A stretch of 63,974 nt of DNA, filler included, from an uncultured Myxococcia bacterium (GTDB lineage Bacteria > CAZTWC01), in NCBI GenBank assembly GCA_964617105.1. It is 3 parts of 3 records of this genome, joined end to end, with 100 filler letters (N's around TTAATTAATTAA, not from the genome) between each part and the next. Parts side by side here need not be neighbours in the genome. Positions count along the whole stretch, not along the records: positions 45,639 to 63,974 come from CAZTWC010000048.1; 2 more parts are not named here. One strand, written 5' to 3'. This document shows, piece by piece, positions 57,676-63,974 of the stretch. Within the stretch, counting starts at the first letter, position 1. Each line of letters opens with the position of its first letter. The position numbers and the translations under genes are program-made. A model generated the notes under the pieces. That model saw nothing but the letters and a program-made list of their open reading frames with translations. It was not told the origin of the DNA and did not search any database.

Positions 57676-59619
57676 GTGAAAATAAAAAAGGTACAACCAA
57701 TTGTTTTTACCCCGCCGGGAGATTCAATTTTCTATCAACTTGGTCTCAAAGCCGGACTGGAAGTCCATCAACAGTTAAATACCTTTAAAAAACTATTCTG
57801 TCATTGTCCGGCCAAATTAATAAACCATCCCCATAATGTTGAAATTCTACGCCACATGCGTCCTACTCTTTCTGAGTTAGGTGAATATGATGGCACTGCC
57901 CTTATGGAGTTCAAGACTAAGAAAGAAATAATTTATCAATTATATAACGATGTGGTATGCACCTACGAAATGGACGATACTCCACCTTTTTTGCTGAACC
58001 AGCAAGCGCTTCAATTCGCCCTTGAAATAGCTATGCTCTTCGACTGTAATATTGTTGATGAAATCCATATCAGCCGCAAGCAATACCTGGACGGCAGTAT
58101 CCCCACCGGTTTTCAACGCACTGCTATTGTTGGTATCAATGGCAGTTTTCCTTTGGACAACGCAGATAGAAAAAGGGTACATATCTGGCAACTGGGTTTG
58201 GAAGAAGATTCCTGCCGGGAGGTCAGTAACCAGGGACACACCATTGTTTTTAAAACCGACAGGCTCTCCATACCCCTGGTGGAAGTGGTGACCGCCCCAG
58301 AGTTAAAAACCCCAAAAGAAGTTTTTTTGGCGGGTGAACAAATCCGCCGAGTGCTTAGAGCCTCGGGCAAAGTCAGGCGAGGTGCAGGCGCTGCCCGACA
58401 GGATGTTAACGTCAGTATCAAAGGTGGCAGCCGGGTAGAGATCAAGGGAGTGCCCAGTACCAAACTGATCAGTAATCTGGTAGCTAGTGAGGCGCTGCGC
58501 CAAAAAGCCCTGTTAGAGATCCGTGACTCTCTGCGTTCTCGGGGAATAACCAAAAAAACCCTCTCTGCCATGGTTGGCGATCTGAAAGAGTTATTTAAAA
58601 ATACCAAAATCAAAATTATCCGCCAGGCTCTTGAACAAGGTGGAACCGTTAAGGGAATCAAACTGGTAGGTTTTGGCGGTCTATTCTCCTACCCCACTCA
58701 GCCGGGGCTCAATTTTTCCTTCGAATTTTCCGAAAGGGTACGCGTTATCGCTTGCCTTGATCAGAAGCCCAACCTGATCCATACCGATGACCACCTCTTT
58801 TTCAAACGGCGTAAACGGGACCTGAAAAAGATACAGGAGTTGTTTAAGGCCAGGCATGTAGATGTGGTAGTTATAGTTTGGGGAAATGAAGAAGATGTAA
58901 ACACCGCTATTGAAGAGATTCGTCTCAGAGCCCTGGATGCCGCCTCTGGCGTACCCAATGAAACCAGGACCGTCCTGTCAGACTGCCAAACAGGTTTTGA
59001 GAGGATACTGCCGGGACCGAATCGGATGTACCCTGACACTGATTTGCCCCCTTGCGCCATTGATGAAAAACGGATAAAAGATACCCGGGCCAACCTACCC
59101 CTTACCCCCTGGGCTCGCCGAAAAAAATACCAGAACCAATTGAACCACCACCTGCTGGACATTATGGAACTATCTCCCTGGCAGCATCTGGTCGATTATC
59201 TAATAAAACACTGCTCTTTAAACCCAATTTTTGTGGCTTCAACTATTCTGGATAGATTTCGCTGCCTGACCAGGAAAGGTTACCAAATAGAAGAGATTAA
59301 ACCCGATGATCTACTGATGGTTTTCAAAGAGGTGGAAAAGAAAAAAATCTTGGCTACAGCAGTTATACCAATAATTAAAAATATCCTACAAAATGGGACG
59401 GATGTGCAAGAAGCCCTTGGAGATAAAAATTTTAAGCCGGTGAGCATTACCAAAACCAAATCCTTTCTTCGAAAAAATCTTTCCGATTGGCTCTCCGAAT
59501 GCTTCTCAAAACAAAAAGAGGCCCAACATCGCTTTCTGATGGGTAAAATCATGCACCAGTATAGATACCGGGTGGATGGTAAAAAACTCTCTCAGATAGT
59601 AGAAGACTCGCTTGGCTAA
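57676..59619 (+). CDS. gatE: Glu-tRNA(Gln) amidotransferase subunit E
   Basis: GLKAGLEVHQQL, RPTLSELGEYD, EMDDTPP, DGSIPTGFQRT, LEED, DRL.IPLVE, RQDVNVSIKGG.RVEIKGV, central insertion domain, GVPNETR, PG..RMYPDTDLPP. At 647 aa it is too long for GatB. Confidence 0.9.
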   Translation: MKIKKVQPIVFTPPGDSIFYQLGLKAGLEVHQQLNTFKKLFCHCPAKLINHPHNVEILRHMRPTLSELGEYDGTALMEFKTKKEIIYQLYNDVVCTYEMDDTPPFLLNQQALQFALEIAMLFDCNIVDEIHISRKQYLDGSIPTGFQRTAIVGINGSFPLDNADRKRVHIWQLGLEEDSCREVSNQGHTIVFKTDRLSIPLVEVVTAPELKTPKEVFLAGEQIRRVLRASGKVRRGAGAARQDVNVSIKGGSRVEIKGVPSTKLISNLVASEALRQKALLEIRDSLRSRGITKKTLSAMVGDLKELFKNTKIKIIRQALEQGGTVKGIKLVGFGGLFSYPTQPGLNFSFEFSERVRVIACLDQKPNLIHTDDHLFFKRRKRDLKKIQELFKARHVDVVVIVWGNEEDVNTAIEEIRLRALDAASGVPNETRTVLSDCQTGFERILPGPNRMYPDTDLPPCAIDEKRIKDTRANLPLTPWARRKKYQNQLNHHLLDIMELSPWQHLVDYLIKHCSLNPIFVASTILDRFRCLTRKGYQIEEIKPDDLLMVFKEVEKKKILATAVIPIIKNILQNGTDVQEALGDKNFKPVSITKTKSFLRKNLSDWLSECFSKQKEAQHRFLMGKIMHQYRYRVDGKKLSQIVEDSLG

Positions 59620-59642
59620 AGTGAATTCTCGGACGGTAACTA
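59619..59642. repeat. Family B element half-site between convergent genes
   Basis: AAGTGAATTCTCGGACGGTAACTA, matching 28341-28361 and 50814-50837. Confidence 0.6.
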
Positions 59643-59643
59643 A

Positions 59644-62600
59644 CTATTCAGATAAAACCTGATGAAAAAAACTGATGTATCTGTCTGCCACGTTGTCTAT
59701 GTCCAGGTGAGAGAGATTGAAAGTAAAATCATTAGCCATCTGTTCCCGGATTAAAGCCGCACAACGTTTAAAATCCAACCGGGGTGGCTGATAGAGATCA
59801 TGAGGTTGAAAATCCCAGGAAGTATCGGGCAAAACTATTCCCGACTCTTTTACCAACTCCCTGGTCCCGCCTGAATCTGTGCAGATTACCGGTGTTTTGG
59901 CTGCCAACGCTTCAACCACCACATTGGGACAGTGATCCAGCCAGGCCAGATGAAAAAAGAGATCCGCAATCAGATAATAGAGTTGCAGTTGTTCGGGCCT
60001 CACCATGCCTAAAAACTTAATACGCGGGTCTTTATCCGCATAGTCAGGATTACTGCCAGCCACAAAGAGTAAAGAGTTAGGACTGGCTACCAGTTTAAAC
60101 AGGCGGCAAATATCTTTTAAACGTTTATGGGGCCGCCAATGAGAACAACAGAGAAAAATCCAATCAAATTTACTCTTTAAAGATATCTGTAATTTTTCGC
60201 TTTCCTCGAGCAGTGGCTCTGGTTTGCTGAGTTCAATACCATTGTTGATAACAGTACTCTGTGAATGGGAGCCAAAATATCGCTCTACTAACTTTTGATT
60301 GAATTTGGATTGAAAAATAACACCATTAGAGTATTGGTAAGTAGCCTGCAAGCCTCGATTCATCCGCTGGTAGTCTTGCCTGGAATTAAACCAGAGCCCA
60401 TCCAGTCGCTGAACCATTTTCACTCCTGGTTTGGGCTTTTGGGGTGACTCGATAAAAGCCAGCAGGATATCGTGATCCTCACTATAATCTACCGTTTTAA
60501 CCCCTTTTTTATCTAATCCGGCCGCCAAACGGCTGGCAAATAGATTGGGCCCTGATATCTCCTTTAAATTTACATTGGCAAAACAGACCCTCAGAGGCTT
60601 TCCATTTATATATGGACCAGCCTTCTTTATCACCCTGGTTGAACGCAGTTGATGCCCAATAAAACCTCGGGAACGGATTATATTTACTGAACGAATCTGT
60701 TCATCCACCATTTTAAATGAGGTGTCGGTAAGGTTATATTGATAACAAACCTGGGGGATAAAACGCTTTTCTTCAGCCAGGTATAGTATAGGCAACATTA
60801 GTGCCTGATCGTATCCCCGACGAAACCAGTAACCCTGGGGATGTTTGAAATTATCCTGATCCACCTGAGAATAGATCGATTTTAAAAAGGTCCGAAAATG
60901 GGAGGAAACCCAGGGATGCTGGTATGGATCTACGTTCGCTGGAACCAGGGGGGCAGAAATATTTCGACCATCAATATTCCATTGATGAGCCGTCCAAATA
61001 ACCTCTGCACCCTTCTCATACTCTATCTTTACCAATTCCAATGCCTGAGGATGGCAAAAAAAATCGTCACCGTCAACAGTTCCTATAAGGGCTCTATCCG
61101 CTGGATATTCAATGCTGTCAATGGCATCGCAGATATTGTGCAAAGCCCATTTTTTACGCTGGTTTATGGTTACCATAACCCTGCTGTCCTGCTCAGCTAT
61201 GGCCCTGGCCTGCTCCGCTGTTCCATCAGTGGAAAGATCGTCGATAATATGCCACTGCCAATTTTGCCATGACTGCTCCTGTAAACTCGAATAGAGCCGG
61301 ACCAGCCCTTTTTCTGAATTATAACAGGCCGTGATAATAAAAAACTTAAAATCCTCAGTGCTGCGGCCCTGGAGATCAGGGTCTAAATTTCTGTATTCCT
61401 GCTTCACTGCCCGATTTTGCTCTGTTAATGGCCCAGGTGCATCTTCCTGAAAATCATCGCTTTTGAACTTATAGATAACTGGCAACTCTTTTAGTTTTTG
61501 AAAAAGAAAATGCTCTTTTGGCTTCTGGTTTTCTATTTTATCGGCAACAAACCCCACCGGCTCAATATCTTCGAAAGTTTCACTGTTGATCAGTTCTGCC
61601 GCCCCTATTAAAGAGTAATCAGCAAATAAAGCACCATACTTGTCAAAATTTCTATGCTCTTTTGGAACACCATGGGTATAAAAAGGCTCATTCCGGCTTA
61701 TACGAGGTTCTTGAAGATGCTCCCGATTCCACCAAGATCTCTCCGGCTCAGTTTTAGACAGGCAGGATGATATTGGCAGACAAATCAAATCAAATAGATT
61801 AGGAAAATGACGCAACATTCTTTTTATTTTGGAGATATCCTCAATCTCTATTACTTCATCCGGCTCCATCATTAAACAGAAATCACTGTTACACAGTAAC
61901 CTGGCCATCCCCCTGGCTCCGCCTTTATTAACTTCAACATTGGGGTGTTGGGAGTCAATTTTCCGTTGGAAAACCTGCAAATTATTATTTTCTCCCGCCC
62001 AATCCTGCAGCGCTTCCCAGGTACCATCAGTGGAGCCAATATCAACTATCACCACCTGGTCACAGAGATTTAGCATAGATTTAATCGATTTTTCATAGGG
62101 GATCTTTTGCGCAATACTGTTACAGGTTGTAGTATATCCAGACAGGGTTGGTTGGTAATTAACTCCAGCAATAATGATTTTGACAAACTCCTCGAGTTCT
62201 GATTCCAAACCGGTTTTGCCAGCCAAAGAGGACCATTTTTTTAGATAAACCTCTTTCAACTGTTGTGAATGGTAAAAAACCTTCTGTGCCTTCGAGATAA
62301 ATAACTCTTTTAGTCTGCCTGCACCTGTATCTGCACAATTGCACTCCTGGTTTTCAATAGCTCTATGTTGTTCATATCCGCCATATTTACAGATCCGGTC
62401 TGAATAGATAACCAAAAAATAGTTGAGGTTAAGCACTATGGTGCCCATTAATTCCGGTGCTATATCAGGAAGGTCTAAAAATATAAAATTGTTGAAGATA
62501 TTGTGCTTTAGAAAAACTGGAGTAAGAGTTGATAACTCCTTCTCCTCAAAAGAAAAATTGGGCGGAGAGCCATTTTTAAACTGTTGGATGAAATCTCTTT

Positions 62601-62658
62601 TAAGATGAAGGTTATTATCCTGACTGGAAAACAGAAAAATGATCTTTTTATTTTGCAT
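59644..62658 (-). CDS. Multi-module glycosyltransferase (N-terminal unknown region + GT2 + GT2 + GT4)
   Basis: First GT-A: VVIVDIGSTDGT...EPDE. Second GT-A: IITACYN...IIDDLSTDGT...VDGDD. GT-B: INNG, HWRPHKRL, DHCPNVVVEALA...PVIC.DSGGTRELV. Confidence 0.85.
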   Translation of the reverse strand: MQNKKIIFLFSSQDNNLHLKRDFIQQFKNGSPPNFSFEEKELSTLTPVFLKHNIFNNFIFLDLPDIAPELMGTIVLNLNYFLVIYSDRICKYGGYEQHRAIENQECNCADTGAGRLKELFISKAQKVFYHSQQLKEVYLKKWSSLAGKTGLESELEEFVKIIIAGVNYQPTLSGYTTTCNSIAQKIPYEKSIKSMLNLCDQVVIVDIGSTDGTWEALQDWAGENNNLQVFQRKIDSQHPNVEVNKGGARGMARLLCNSDFCLMMEPDEVIEIEDISKIKRMLRHFPNLFDLICLPISSCLSKTEPERSWWNREHLQEPRISRNEPFYTHGVPKEHRNFDKYGALFADYSLIGAAELINSETFEDIEPVGFVADKIENQKPKEHFLFQKLKELPVIYKFKSDDFQEDAPGPLTEQNRAVKQEYRNLDPDLQGRSTEDFKFFIITACYNSEKGLVRLYSSLQEQSWQNWQWHIIDDLSTDGTAEQARAIAEQDSRVMVTINQRKKWALHNICDAIDSIEYPADRALIGTVDGDDFFCHPQALELVKIEYEKGAEVIWTAHQWNIDGRNISAPLVPANVDPYQHPWVSSHFRTFLKSIYSQVDQDNFKHPQGYWFRRGYDQALMLPILYLAEEKRFIPQVCYQYNLTDTSFKMVDEQIRSVNIIRSRGFIGHQLRSTRVIKKAGPYINGKPLRVCFANVNLKEISGPNLFASRLAAGLDKKGVKTVDYSEDHDILLAFIESPQKPKPGVKMVQRLDGLWFNSRQDYQRMNRGLQATYQYSNGVIFQSKFNQKLVERYFGSHSQSTVINNGIELSKPEPLLEESEKLQISLKSKFDWIFLCCSHWRPHKRLKDICRLFKLVASPNSLLFVAGSNPDYADKDPRIKFLGMVRPEQLQLYYLIADLFFHLAWLDHCPNVVVEALAAKTPVICTDSGGTRELVKESGIVLPDTSWDFQPHDLYQPPRLDFKRCAALIREQMANDFTFNLSHLDIDNVADRYISFFHQVLSE

Positions 62659-62661
62659 TGG

Positions 62662-63627
62662 CTAAAAATTTTCTGGAAAAAATTTGTCCACATAGGCCAG
62701 CCATTCTCTTTTGAATCGTTCCAGGTTTAAATACTTTAAGAGTGCCTGGCGCGGATGAAAACGGTGACGCTCATTTATTAACTTACTAATATTAACTTTG
62801 ATTAAATCATGGGACAATTGCTGCTGGTCAAGGATTAGACCGCAATCATGAAACCAGGGGGCATTAAAAGTTAGTCCAACATTAGTTACCAGGCAAGGCA
62901 AATCACAACACAAGGCCTCTAAAATAGCATAAGAATTGCCTTCATAATTAGATAAGTGGATAAAAAAATCACCCTGTCTAAATTTTTCTGCTTCCTGGTT
63001 TTTTTGGGCATTTAAAAAACAAAAATCAACCTCTGGCATGATAGCCTGGATTTGTTTCAACACTGAATAGCCCTTATTTTGATCGGGTTGGGCCACATGA
63101 ATAAATCGAGGTTTTCCAACTATTCCTTTTTGAGGGCCGGGATAAAACTCTTGTTCATCCACAGCATTATTGATTACTGTACTGTCTAAACTAAGCAACT
63201 CTTTTAACTCTAATTGAACAAAATCGGAAACCGCCACTATATTTTTCCGGTCATAGAGTTCGCTGTATTGAATAATACCTAACTCTTTGTGCATAGAGTT
63301 ATTGGTGCTAAGCCCATATCCCAACCAGGTGCCGTGGCAAATATTGATAACCGGCAGGTCTATGGGCAATCCCACGCTCCATAAACCGTCCACCGCAATA
63401 AACCGGGCATCATCCAGCAAATGATTTTGTAATAAATAGTGGTTGAACTCAATTACCTTGTGAAACATATTGAGGTGTTCTAATTTTTGCCATTCTGGAT
63501 GATCTTCCCAACTGTAGATGGTCATTTGCGGAAATACGGTTTTTTGCAAATAATGGGCAAACTTGGACACTCCACCCTGGTCGCCCTTGCTCCGGGAAGC
63601 ATAGGAGATATGGTAACATTTTTTCAT
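62662..63627 (-). CDS. Glycosyltransferase family 4
   Basis: GGV, HGTW, VAVSDFV..EL, INNAVD, KG, EGNSYAILEAL..DLP.LVTNVG. Confidence 0.85.
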   Translation of the reverse strand: MKKCYHISYASRSKGDQGGVSKFAHYLQKTVFPQMTIYSWEDHPEWQKLEHLNMFHKVIEFNHYLLQNHLLDDARFIAVDGLWSVGLPIDLPVINICHGTWLGYGLSTNNSMHKELGIIQYSELYDRKNIVAVSDFVQLELKELLSLDSTVINNAVDEQEFYPGPQKGIVGKPRFIHVAQPDQNKGYSVLKQIQAIMPEVDFCFLNAQKNQEAEKFRQGDFFIHLSNYEGNSYAILEALCCDLPCLVTNVGLTFNAPWFHDCGLILDQQQLSHDLIKVNISKLINERHRFHPRQALLKYLNLERFKREWLAYVDKFFPENF

Positions 63628-63812
63628 TATTAGAACCTCGGGCTGATTTCAAATGAGATATATTTTTTAATAATAACACAAATTTTACCAACAGCAATAT
63701 ATCTATGCAATAGATTTGTTGACTTATTCCGGGTCTGAAAATATAATTTGATAGTTGCTATTTTCTTTACTATCTACTGATGAAGTAGAATTGCATTCAC
63801 AGGTGTTGTCTT

Positions 63813-63974
63813 ATGAATGAAAAAATCAACCTCACCGTCTGTATCATCGCCAGGGATGAAGCGAGATGGATCCAAAAATGCCTGCGCTCCCTGGATTGGG
63901 CATCTGAAATACTGGTGATTGACACCGGTTCAAAAGACGACACCGCCAGTTTGGCCAATAGTATGGGAGCCCGG
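63813..63974 (+). CDS. Glycosyltransferase family 2, N-terminal part (runs off the window)
   Basis: Manual translation: MNEKINLTVCIIARDEARWIQKCLRSLDWASEILVIDTGSKDDTASLA. Confidence 0.8.
   Translation, partial: MNEKINLTVCIIARDEARWIQKCLRSLDWASEILVIDTGSKDDTASLANSMGAR

Noticed and set aside
57676-59619. Ordinary GatB
   Set aside because: It lacks the GatB motifs (RKNYFYPDLPKGYQI, YRYFPEPDL), has the GatE insertion domain, and has no adjacent gatA or gatC.
1-63974. tRNA, rRNA, riboswitch, prophage or IS transposase
   Set aside because: None was recognised by eye in the intergenic regions or ORFs; tRNAscan-SE, Rfam and ISEScan runs would be needed to exclude them formally.

Overview
Gene-dense window from a draft bacterial genome. 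It is Gram-negative (waaA, GT9 heptosyltransferase, OmpA, ftsEX-envC) and looks deltaproteobacterial/Myxococcota-like (CDGxDNDCDG Cys-rich protein, multiheme cytochromes); a PlsA/Ger-type enzyme and a two-subunit Fe-S fumarase suggest an anaerobic lifestyle. The window is three unrelated scaffolds (1-22721, 22822-45538, 45639-63974) joined by artificial N44-TTAATTAATTAA-N44 linkers, so synteny across the linkers is meaningless. Scaffold 1 has a three-gene biotin-dependent acyl-CoA carboxylase converging on an operon of archaeal-type HMG-CoA synthase, thiolase and DUF35 plus a LiuC-like hydratase. It also has a long rsmD-coaD-ftsEX-envC-ctpA-histidine kinase operon, an OmpA-family protein, LPS glycosyltransferases and a pssA with an internal stop. 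Scaffold 2 has cytochrome c genes and ccsA, tRNA modification genes, fumarase, hisS, a PBP7-like peptidase, waaA, an MNT-HEPN pair, an NpmA/KamB-like 16S m1A1408 methyltransferase, a frameshifted topA, an RsmI-DUF371 fusion and a 15-heme Otr-like fusion cytochrome. Scaffold 3 has a >1700-aa Cys-rich repeat protein, a Mut7-C RNase, a ~1400-aa PlsA/Ger-type enzyme behind a consensus promoter and operator, an archaeal-type GatE and a multi-module glycosyltransferase. Two families of intergenic palindromic repeats occur on more than one scaffold. The best candidates for new biology are the HMG-CoA/LiuC/carboxylase cluster (a possible AibAB-independent acetyl-CoA to branched-C5 route), the bacterial GatE without an adjacent GatD, the NpmA-like methyltransferase locus and the 15-heme fusion. 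No rRNA, tRNA, CRISPR array or transposase was recognised. All calls come from manual motif reading; no database searches were run.
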